From: an uncultured virus (IMG/VR IMGVR_UViG_3300005512_000014)
Taxonomy: Duplodnaviria > Heunggongvirae > Uroviricota > Caudoviricetes
IMG/VR virus record: IMGVR_UViG_3300005512_000014
Length of the DNA stretch: 20,000 nt
Reading direction: 5' to 3' (one strand)
A model generated the notes under the pieces. That model made no database searches and was not told where the DNA came from. It saw nothing but the letters and a program-made list of their open reading frames with translations. Positions 1 through 6,978 of the stretch are shown here, piece after piece (position 1 is the stretch's first letter; the number at the start of each line of letters is the position of its first letter). Position numbers and translations under genes: made by a program.

Positions 1-1
1 C

Positions 2-628
2 GTGACCACTACGCAACCGGCATGGTTGTCACATCAAGATTCGGGTGCCATTGATGCCCTTTCATACCGTACGAAGCAGGTAGGTGCTCTTGATTATCAC
101 CGCCGTTTGGACGGCGACTTCACATCAGGTCTGGACATTCACGTGTCCATGCTGTGCGACGTGTCGGGTTCCATGGGTTCTAGTTCTACCGACAGTGGCC
201 GTACCGACATCGAAGAATTGAGTATCGCTATGTACGCCATTCACGATGCCTGCAATGCTCTGGGTATCGGTTCCACGTACGTGCTGTGGTCTAGCAACGC
301 CAATGCCCATCGTGTGTGGGATTGTGGTTCAGTCGAACCTATGACGTGGTCTGCATCGGGGGGTACTAACCCAGTCATGGCTCTTGACGACTTGACCTTC
401 CACAACGAGGAGGGCGCGAGTAAGCACCTCGTCATAGTGTTCACTGACGGTGTGTGGAACAACAACATACCGTCCCTCAGTCGGTGGAGCACAGACGACC
501 GTCACATCATTCTCGTTACCCTTGGTTCTTCCCTAAACCAAGACAGGGGTGCCGATGCCAGCGTCGTCGTCAAATCATGCAACGAACTGCCTAACCAACT
601 GGCTATTGCACTCAAGAGCCTCATCTGA
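2..628 (+). CDS. von Willebrand factor A (vWA/MIDAS) domain protein, C-terminal part (5' truncated by window)
   Basis: MIDAS motif DVSGSM, conserved GGT and VIVFTDG; frame is open from the window start. Confidence 0.85.
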   Translation: MTTTQPAWLSHQDSGAIDALSYRTKQVGALDYHRRLDGDFTSGLDIHVSMLCDVSGSMGSSSTDSGRTDIEELSIAMYAIHDACNALGIGSTYVLWSSNANAHRVWDCGSVEPMTWSASGGTNPVMALDDLTFHNEEGASKHLVIVFTDGVWNNNIPSLSRWSTDDRHIILVTLGSSLNQDRGADASVVVKSCNELPNQLAIALKSLI

Positions 629-638
629 TACAACCGAG

Positions 639-654
639 TGCCCCACGTGGGGCA
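639..654. promoter_or_regulatory. perfect 16-bp palindrome TGCCCCACGTGGGGCA (operator or RNA hairpin)
   Basis: Exact self-complementary sequence in the intergenic gap just upstream of the GAGGAG RBS of the 670 gene. Confidence 0.45.
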
Positions 655-669
655 AGAGAGGAGACACGT

Positions 670-981
670 ATGGAAACGTACGAACTAGAAATACCTGAGG
701 GCAGCATTGAGTACGTCACCGTAGTAGTACGGCATCGTGAGTCTGGTGCTGTGTTCCCTACCAACATTGCTATGGGCGCAGACCTCACCATCGACACGAC
801 CGGCAAGACACCTCTATCACCGCTGCTCGCCATGTTAGAGACCACGCTGCTGACTGCTAGTGCTGGCCCTCAGTGGATAGCAGACGACTTGGACACCATC
901 GGTTTCGACCTCATCATCGAAGACGATGATTGCATCATGCCGTCGACCGAATGGGACTGGGAGGGGATGCTCGATGGATGA
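670..981 (+). CDS. hypothetical acidic protein
   Basis: ATG preceded by GAGAGGAG RBS; overlaps the next gene. Confidence 0.75.
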   Translation: METYELEIPEGSIEYVTVVVRHRESGAVFPTNIAMGADLTIDTTGKTPLSPLLAMLETTLLTASAGPQWIADDLDTIGFDLIIEDDDCIMPSTEWDWEGMLDG

Positions 982-1159
982 CTTCACACTTCATGTCATT
1001 ATCTTTCTTGGCATACCCCTCTTTATGCTTATCGTATGCATAATCATATGCTTTGTATATGCAGGTGAGATATACAACAACGGCAAAGACATCGTGCGTA
1101 CAATTGCTCAGGAACTCCCTAAGTTCCTGAAATCGCCAGACAAGTACCGCAAGCCATGA
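974..1159 (+). CDS. small single-pass membrane protein (start re-assigned to ATG 974, MDDFTLHV...)
   Basis: Hydrophobic run VIIFLGIPLFMLIVCIIICFVYA; GAGGGG upstream; ATGA overlap with next gene. Confidence 0.65.
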   Translation: MDDFTLHVIIFLGIPLFMLIVCIIICFVYAGEIYNNGKDIVRTIAQELPKFLKSPDKYRKP

Positions 1160-1341
1160 GTGAACAGTGTGCTACCGTCTCCTCCGATGGCAAGGAGGTC
1201 AAAGTGTCAAAGAAAAAGTCCACATACGTTTGCAGCAGGTGCGGTAACCGTATTACAATCCTCATCACGCCAGTGCACGCACCAACGTGCAGCAACCACA
1301 CAGGTGGAGGCGTGGCGATGAAACTGGTCGAAGACCAGTAA
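1156..1341 (+). CDS. small Zn-ribbon-like protein
   Basis: CSRC...CSNH metal-ligand pattern; coupled to the upstream stop. Confidence 0.65.
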   Translation: MSEQCATVSSDGKEVKVSKKKSTYVCSRCGNRITILITPVHAPTCSNHTGGGVAMKLVEDQ

Positions 1342-1371
1342 CCAACCCAACCACAACAACAAGGAGCCAAC

Positions 1372-1638
1372 ATGGCAACAGAAACCAACCCCACCGACGA
1401 GATCAAGGTCATGGACCCCCCTCCACGTAGTCGGAACTCGTCGGGTCGAAGCGGACGCTGGCAGAAGCGCATCCAGCAGGTGACCGACCAGCACCCCAAC
1501 GTGTGGGCACTGTTCGCTGAGGGCGTCAAGTCCCCCGCCTACTTCTACCTCTTGTCTGGTAAGTACGATCACATTGAGATCACCACTCGCCAGCAGGATG
1601 ACAAGACGTTCGACGTGTATATCAAAGTCAACGTCTGA
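1372..1638 (+). CDS. hypothetical phage protein (possible DNA-binding)
   Basis: AAGGAG RBS; basic N-terminal segment; phage-like codon usage. Confidence 0.75.
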   Translation: MATETNPTDEIKVMDPPPRSRNSSGRSGRWQKRIQQVTDQHPNVWALFAEGVKSPAYFYLLSGKYDHIEITTRQQDDKTFDVYIKVNV

Positions 1639-1644
1639 CCTACA

Positions 1645-1672
1645 CCACCTGAGCATGTGGCAAAACTGCTCA
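1645..1672 (+). promoter_or_regulatory. predicted compact H-type RNA pseudoknot in 5' leader
   Basis: CCAC(1645-48)/GTGG(1657-60) and TGAGCA(1650-55)/TGCTCA(1667-72) are interleaved stems, with A-rich linker CAAAAC. Confidence 0.55.
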
Positions 1673-1697
1673 CCCCACAACCAAAGGAAAACCAACC

Positions 1698-2150
1698 ATG
1701 CAAACATTCGCCCCCGAAGGTCGACTTATCGACCATGGCTTCCGAGCACTGGACTACCAACGCTTAGGCAAGCAACGTGTTGAGACGTGGCAGATTCTCA
1801 ACGTCCTGCGTGGCGTAGACAACGAAGGCAACCCCAAAGACCACAAAGGCTGGGTGCATCACCCTGCCACTCTTATGTGGGAAGGGCATATCGCAGCACT
1901 TGCTCTCTACGGTATGCGCTGCTGCGAGGAGTGGATCGGACGTGGCTACAACGACACGATGCTTCCCCGATTCACTAACGTATTCAAGTCATTCGTATGG
2001 TATGGAGACGACCCCTCCATGCCTCTGTTCTTGGACGACATTGCTGACTCGCATAAGTCCAACCTCATTCGCAAAAACCCAGCGTTCTACCAACCGCTGT
2101 GGCCTCACATGACCGACGACCTGCCATACGTATGGCCGGTTACAGCGTAA
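1698..2150 (+). CDS. pyrimidine dimer DNA glycosylase / endonuclease V-like (MSMEG_6728 family)
   Basis: MQTF...LD.QRLGKQRVE.WQIL, GW.HHPA..MW.G, EW..RGY.D, SHKSNLIRK.P.FY and LPYVWP motifs typical of the family. Confidence 0.88.
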   Translation: MQTFAPEGRLIDHGFRALDYQRLGKQRVETWQILNVLRGVDNEGNPKDHKGWVHHPATLMWEGHIAALALYGMRCCEEWIGRGYNDTMLPRFTNVFKSFVWYGDDPSMPLFLDDIADSHKSNLIRKNPAFYQPLWPHMTDDLPYVWPVTA

Positions 2151-2286
2151 GGGAATCAAACTGGTACCGCGAGGCTTTATGGGTTTGACGTTTGCCCCTC
2201 CTTTCACTCGTAGGTGATTCCCTCCCCCCTCACTATGTACCTCCTCTAGTCGGGCGGTTACTACACAGTGAGGGGGGCGAACCAGT
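2151..2286 (+). ncRNA. candidate structured small RNA / cis element with anti-SD motifs
   Basis: Stems GGGAATCA/TGATTCCC (2151-58/2215-22) and CCCCCCTCACTATGTA/TACACAGTGAGGGGGG (2224-39/2262-77); CCTCCTTTC and ACCTCCT motifs; strand uncertain. Confidence 0.4.
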
Positions 2287-2301
2287 CTTCTGAAGAAATA
2301 G

Positions 2302-2330
2302 TTGCAATACCCACAACCAAGGAGTAGTGT
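2302..2330 (+). promoter_or_regulatory. sigma70/SigA-type promoter, probably producing a leaderless mRNA
   Basis: TTGCAA-N17-TAGTGT with ATG 7 nt downstream (2338). Confidence 0.6.
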
Positions 2331-2337
2331 TCTACTT

Positions 2338-2946
2338 ATGGAAACCACAACCACACCACAACCAACATCCAACCCCAACCTCCGCGAAGAGATCATGGAC
2401 GTGTTCCGTACCTCGCACAAGACGAACCTCACGTTCGCGGATGTCCGATCACAAATCCACCACTCCACCGACGGTGCCGTCCGTCAGTCTCTCGTCTGGA
2501 TGGCGAAGCACCCGGCGTGGGGTATCGTCAGGGCCAAGCGAGGCCAGTACCGACTCTCGCCAGACGAGCGTGCCAACCGCGTAGAGACAACGCTGAGGGC
2601 ATACGGTGCACCGCTCACTCGCGCAGAGATCAGCCACCTCATTCCCAGCATGTCGCCCCACGCCATCGATCTTGCCATCGCTACTCTTGCCAACCGTGGC
2701 CTCGTTGTCACACGTGGCATTGCAGGTCGCAAGACATATGAGTACGTAGCGAACGATACGCAGGTCGACGCCATCCCTGAGCCTGAAGAGGCCACCGAAG
2801 AGCCGGTCGTTTCTGGTGACGTATTCACCATCGACATCGACAGCACCTTCATCCTCCACCACGTCAGCGACATGGAGGGCGGTCGTATCCTCGCCAAGAG
2901 CGATGACGGTAAGTTCTACCTCATCAAAGAGGTCAAGTTCGTCTGA
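2338..2946 (+). CDS. tandem winged helix-turn-helix DNA-binding protein (start re-assigned to ATG 2338)
   Basis: Two wHTH-like units (LTFADVRSQI...VRQSLVWM...RGQYRL and LTRAEISHLI...IDLAIATLANRGLV...TYEY) plus an acidic linker and C-terminal beta domain. Confidence 0.65.
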   Translation: METTTTPQPTSNPNLREEIMDVFRTSHKTNLTFADVRSQIHHSTDGAVRQSLVWMAKHPAWGIVRAKRGQYRLSPDERANRVETTLRAYGAPLTRAEISHLIPSMSPHAIDLAIATLANRGLVVTRGIAGRKTYEYVANDTQVDAIPEPEEATEEPVVSGDVFTIDIDSTFILHHVSDMEGGRILAKSDDGKFYLIKEVKFV

Positions 2947-2970
2947 CGACACCTCCTAGTCAGACGACGC

Positions 2971-3003
2971 AGAGCCGGGGCACTAGCCCCGGCTCTTTGC
3001 GTT
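2971..3003 (+). terminator. intrinsic terminator between convergent transcription units
   Basis: 11-bp GC-rich stem AGAGCCGGGGC-ACTA-GCCCCGGCTCT followed by TTGCGTT; lies between the + and - gene blocks. Confidence 0.75.
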
Positions 3004-3067
3004 ACCGCCAGCGGATGTATGCCAGTAACCCAAAGCCAGCCAAGATGTATGCAATAGCAAACGTCAT
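3002..3067 (-). CDS. 21-aa membrane peptide MTFAIAYILAGFGLLAYIRWR (not in ORF track)
   Basis: ATGA overlap with the glycosyltransferase stop, GGAGG RBS about 8 nt upstream, hydrophobic core and basic C-terminus; ends just before the terminator. Confidence 0.6.
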   Translation of the reverse strand: MTFAIAYILAGFGLLAYIRWR

Positions 3068-4137
3068 TGCAGTGCCTCCAAGAAGTCGATCAGTGCAGAT
3101 GCACCGACTGAGATGTCACGTTTCTTTACAAGTTCTAACAGAGAAGACTGATACTCCATACGTATATTGATATCTAGCAATATGGATATCGACTTGAGCC
3201 AGTCTTTCGGTCGACGCGCAACGCAGAACCCAGTCCCCCAGTCATCCAGTAACGAGGAGTAACTCGGCAGTGCGGCAGCGATGAACGGTATACCAGACGC
3301 TGCGTACTCTAAGCCTTTGATATCGCTCTTAGCGTGATTGAACGGCTTATCCGTTAGAGGTACAAGACCGACATCCATAGTCATCAACGAAGGGTACTGA
3401 TCAGTAGCAGCCATCGGTACAGTTGTCACCCACTCGGGGGGCACGTTCAGTAGGCTCGCAAACGATGGTGCAGATACGCTGTCACCGGAGTGATGCAGTT
3501 TCAGAGAGCCATCCCTCACGAACCTTTCAAAGAGTCCACGAAGAGTCTCAACATCTCCAGACCTGTGCGACGTAGAACCAACCCAGCCATACGTAGGTAT
3601 ATCAGACTGTACGACCGGCGTGAACCTAGCCACATCGACCGTGTTGCGCAGCAGCACCGGAGTTCCGCCGAACTTGCTGCGAACCTTGTCCGCTAAGAAC
3701 GGTGTCGATACCGTTACATATGACGATGCCCCAATATTCTTGGCGTAGAAGTTGGTGTTCTCTTTCTCGTTGAACTTGGGGTGCGATGCTTTCCATGCAT
3801 CGTTACGGGTGTCCAGACCGAAATACCAGTCGTCCAAATCGTTGATAGCAACCTGACCATTAGCGATACCCTTACGTATCGTCTTGTCAATGTTGTCATG
3901 CATCAACCTCTGAAGTATGACAATGTCGGGGACGACCATGTCACCGGTATGCGCATCCTCCACCGCCATGCAGTTCTCGTATTCCCACAGAATACCTACC
4001 GTGACCTCGTGCCCAGCCTCGCGTATGTGTGGGACGTACTGACCTATTCGCGCCCATCCAGCACCGCCCCACCTCTCCTTACCATCTGCTGCTTTACGTG
4101 GATGTAAGTAGTCGGCACTGGCAATGCCAATCTTCAC
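3064..4137 (-). CDS. GT-B fold glycosyltransferase (GT4-like)
   Basis: N-terminal ILQR...DLDDW, GWVGS, and C-terminal DVGLVPL...FN.AKSDIKGLEYAASGIPFIA signature. Confidence 0.88.
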   Translation of the reverse strand: MKIGIASADYLHPRKAADGKERWGGAGWARIGQYVPHIREAGHEVTVGILWEYENCMAVEDAHTGDMVVPDIVILQRLMHDNIDKTIRKGIANGQVAINDLDDWYFGLDTRNDAWKASHPKFNEKENTNFYAKNIGASSYVTVSTPFLADKVRSKFGGTPVLLRNTVDVARFTPVVQSDIPTYGWVGSTSHRSGDVETLRGLFERFVRDGSLKLHHSGDSVSAPSFASLLNVPPEWVTTVPMAATDQYPSLMTMDVGLVPLTDKPFNHAKSDIKGLEYAASGIPFIAAALPSYSSLLDDWGTGFCVARRPKDWLKSISILLDINIRMEYQSSLLELVKKRDISVGASALIDFLEALQ

Positions 4138-4385
4138 CGGACGACCTCTAGACGTTCAGTGTGCGTCAGACCGCCCCACATACCGAACTTGATACCGTTG
4201 CGTACGGCAAAGTCGCAGCACTCCATACGTGAAGGGCACTCGCTGCAAATCTTCTTCACCTCTGCCATGTGTCGGGACTCGTAGAACCATTGCGTCGGTG
4301 TCGTCTTGCAGTTGGCTGCATCACGCCACGAGCGGTCACGGTCAGGGGACGAAAGAAAGGGAAGGCTCTCCACTGCGTTGGTCAT
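4134..4385 (-). CDS. whiB: WhiB family Fe-S transcription factor
   Basis: W...A.C...F...C-x2-C-x5-C and GMWGGLT..ER motif. Confidence 0.93.
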   Translation of the reverse strand: MTNAVESLPFLSSPDRDRSWRDAANCKTTPTQWFYESRHMAEVKKICSECPSRMECCDFAVRNGIKFGMWGGLTHTERLEVVR

Positions 4386-4417
4386 GTAGTAATCCTAGTG
4401 TCTCGGTGTGACGGTGT

Positions 4418-4765
4418 TCAAGCACGCTTGCGACGTTTTAGATGCTTTCGCATGGCGTCTCTTGTGCCTCGTAAGTCTAGTCGACCGTTGGGGTCAGTGC
4501 GTGGAAGGTGCTGGATCGCGTAAGGTTCGATGCGAGACTTGTTCCACTCCATACGTCCTGTACGGCGTTCTTTGGGGGTCGTACCGCCCCATAGACCGAA
4601 CTCTTCGTCCTTGCCCAACTCTGCGCACGCCTGCTGCATCGGGCAGTGCTCGCACACAAACTTACCCAACCAGTAGTACGACGACTCGGGACCCTGCCTG
4701 TCCTCCTTATCGATAGGAGGATAGAACATCTCCAAGTGGAGACCTTTACATAGTGGGTCAGTCAC
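4418..4765 (-). CDS. whiB: WhiB family Fe-S transcription factor with basic C-terminal extension (start GTG 4765)
   Basis: C...FYP...CEHCPMQQAC...GLWGGTTPKERR; C-terminal RKHLKRRKR. Confidence 0.9.
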   Translation of the reverse strand: MTDPLCKGLHLEMFYPPIDKEDRQGPESSYYWLGKFVCEHCPMQQACAELGKDEEFGLWGGTTPKERRTGRMEWNKSRIEPYAIQHLPRTDPNGRLDLRGTRDAMRKHLKRRKRA

Positions 4766-5060
4766 GACGCATGGCGCGATCAACGCAGTCCCACCCACAC
4801 GCTGCGTAGCCAGCGAGGTCGACCCAGTTGTCGCGGTGCTCAGGAGACCAAGCGATACGGCTCAGTTTCAGCATTGACATAAGTGCTGCCACATCGTGAG
4901 GCAGCAGGTAACTACGGTTCTCGTATACCGACTTCAGGTAGATGTCCCACATCTTGGCTGTCTTACGAAAGTCATCAATGGGGTCACCGTAATCGACGTT
5001 ACGGTCACCGTTGACAAGGTTGTCAGCCTCTTGCAGAACTTCGGTACGGTTATTGTCCAT
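4758..5060 (-). CDS. DUF6378-family phage protein
   Basis: L.EA..LVNGDRN.DYGDP..DF...A.MW...HDVA.LM..LKLSR...H.DNWVDLAGYAACG pattern. Confidence 0.85.
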   Translation of the reverse strand: MDNNRTEVLQEADNLVNGDRNVDYGDPIDDFRKTAKMWDIYLKSVYENRSYLLPHDVAALMSMLKLSRIAWSPEHRDNWVDLAGYAACGWDCVDRAMRRD

Positions 5061-5071
5061 GGCTGGAAATC

Positions 5072-6505
5072 TTAGTCGTCAAGGATGTCTGCGTTGAGGA
5101 TATAAGAATCGACATCTTCGGGTTCGATAGGCTCTGATAGTTGTTTGGTTTGCTCTGCTGCTTTGCTACCGAATATTCGCGACAGTACGCCCGCACCTGA
5201 TCTGGCTTCTACTTCAAACCTGAACGTGTCTCTTGTATCTTCAATATCCTTGAACTCTTTTACAAGTTTGAACAGCCTGTCCATTTCCGCAGATAGTGCG
5301 GGGTCCATTCCTTGACCTTCTAATTCTTCAGCAAACTTTGCAAATAAGACTCGTGAAGTTTGCATCTCTAGAATGGCCGTAAGAGTCGCCCTCAGTTGCT
5401 CCTTCGTCTTGATCTCTACAGGAATCCTGTAAGCACATTCACTATGTTCCTTGAACGCAGGGCAACGGGACGCGAGATAGCAACTATCACAATTACGAAC
5501 ACCAGACTGAGCATATGTGATGGTACTAACCTCTATGCCCTCTATATCAAGGGTTTCCTCGCCATCCTCACCCACGCTAGAGGTCTTCGATACCTCTCTA
5601 CCGACCCCAATAACCGGTAGCAATAACTGCTCACTTTCGTGCCGGGTTTGGGTGGGTTCGATAGCAATAGCCGGGGTGTCAGAAACCGGAAAAAGGCCAC
5701 TATGGTTTATGGGGGTGATAGTTGCTATCCCCCCTGTTTCGGCACCCTCAAACTCATCCTCGTCAGAGTCCGTAGAAGGGTGGTAGGCCCCAACTCGCTG
5801 GCTATGTTTCTCCCATTCCAGCCAAGAAACTACTGCGAGTTTTGCGCATTCTGACACGTCGTCGGACTGAATAGCCTCGTAATCAATACCCAAACGAACG
5901 ATGTCTGAACGGTGCTTTTTACGTGAAGACTCTTTCTTCTGAGATGGATAACGACGCAGTCCATACCCATCCCATATCTGTGTCTCGCCGTACCTGACAA
6001 CGCTAGTCCACGAGGCCACGATCACCGACGACCAGTCGATTGCTTCGATGGTATCGACCTTGCTAGTCAGACCAATGTACTCAACTGACCACCTCTGCTG
6101 TAACTGCTTGATACGAGGCAGAGTCTTGGCAGTAATAGCCCTATCACTGATAGCGACACGACCATACTTCTGGCACAGATGGGCAAGCCTTTCAGTGTCT
6201 TTGTCGTCGTTCCAAAGGGGTACGTACTTATCGCCCAGCCAGTCACCGTTGTAGTCGGGGCGACCGATAACCGTCGTTATCTCATCGGCATGTTCTCGTA
6301 TGAATAAGTCGAACTTCTCGGTGTCTTCGTCACCGTCGCTGGTGTACACGTAGACCTCGGCACCGCCCAGCAACTCCCGAAGATCGACAACCTTTGTCTT
6401 GGGGACGTTGTACTGAGTCAGGTTAAGAGCGATACGAGGGGCTTTGTTAGCAATAAGGATGTTACGGAACGTCCCCTTCTCGCCACCAGACAGAGCGATC
6501 TTCAT
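5072..6505 (-). CDS. two-domain protein: degenerate TGT/DpdA-like barrel, acidic linker, Cys-cluster helical C-terminal domain
   Basis: Order of motifs VPLWN, GRVAIS, IGLT, SW.S..RYGE resembles phage queuine tRNA-ribosyltransferase-like proteins but the acidic catalytic motifs are not evident; C-x2-C-x5-C-x8-C in the C-terminal domain. CDS certain, function inferred. Confidence 0.45.
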   Translation of the reverse strand: MKIALSGGEKGTFRNILIANKAPRIALNLTQYNVPKTKVVDLRELLGGAEVYVYTSDGDEDTEKFDLFIREHADEITTVIGRPDYNGDWLGDKYVPLWNDDKDTERLAHLCQKYGRVAISDRAITAKTLPRIKQLQQRWSVEYIGLTSKVDTIEAIDWSSVIVASWTSVVRYGETQIWDGYGLRRYPSQKKESSRKKHRSDIVRLGIDYEAIQSDDVSECAKLAVVSWLEWEKHSQRVGAYHPSTDSDEDEFEGAETGGIATITPINHSGLFPVSDTPAIAIEPTQTRHESEQLLLPVIGVGREVSKTSSVGEDGEETLDIEGIEVSTITYAQSGVRNCDSCYLASRCPAFKEHSECAYRIPVEIKTKEQLRATLTAILEMQTSRVLFAKFAEELEGQGMDPALSAEMDRLFKLVKEFKDIEDTRDTFRFEVEARSGAGVLSRIFGSKAAEQTKQLSEPIEPEDVDSYILNADILDD

Positions 6506-6978
6506 TCGATCTCACCCCAGTTCTTCTCGGACCTAGCGAGTGCCTGCTTATCGATCTCGTCAACCAGAGAATCCCACCCGCGAATCTGCTTCTCAACACT
6601 CCACTCGGGTCTGATGGTATATGGGAGGCATACCAATAAGGATGGGATACCCAATTGTAGGGTATGAGCAACAGTCGCAGCGTCCGTATCTAGGTACATG
6701 CTGCGGCCTCCGGCGGCGGTGAGCATTCGCTGCACGACCTCGGCCTTGACTCGGGGTTCCGTAGTACCCACTGTCTCATAGACCACCGCTTTGACGTTGT
6801 TGATTTTCAACCACGTCTCCAGTAGTTCCTTGTCTACGTCCTCGTCTACCACAACAGCAGTGCGCCCCACTGAAGACTCGTACAGGCTTCTCCACATACC
6901 CATACCGTCAGGGTCTGGCACACGTGCTCCAAAGTTCTCGTTGGGGCGCGCAAGGACGTTGACGTTGAACAGAATCAC
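6502..6978 (-). CDS. HAD-superfamily-like protein, probably catalytically altered
   Basis: N-terminal ILFNVNVL at the DxD position, WL...., K.E.V and MYLDTD motif-IV-like segment, GIPSLLV. Confidence 0.5.
   Translation of the reverse strand: MILFNVNVLARPNENFGARVPDPDGMGMWRSLYESSVGRTAVVVDEDVDKELLETWLKINNVKAVVYETVGTTEPRVKAEVVQRMLTAAGGRSMYLDTDAATVAHTLQLGIPSLLVCLPYTIRPEWSVEKQIRGWDSLVDEIDKQALARSEKNWGEIE

Noticed and set aside
1645..1672. Hammerhead ribozyme or preQ1 riboswitch
   Set aside because: Lacks the CUGANGA/GAAA core with three stems, and lacks the preQ1-I loop consensus and A-tract tail
2151..2286. tRNA or 6C RNA
   Set aside because: No cloverleaf or TTCG T-loop; the C6 run lies in a stem rather than in hairpin loops as in 6C RNA
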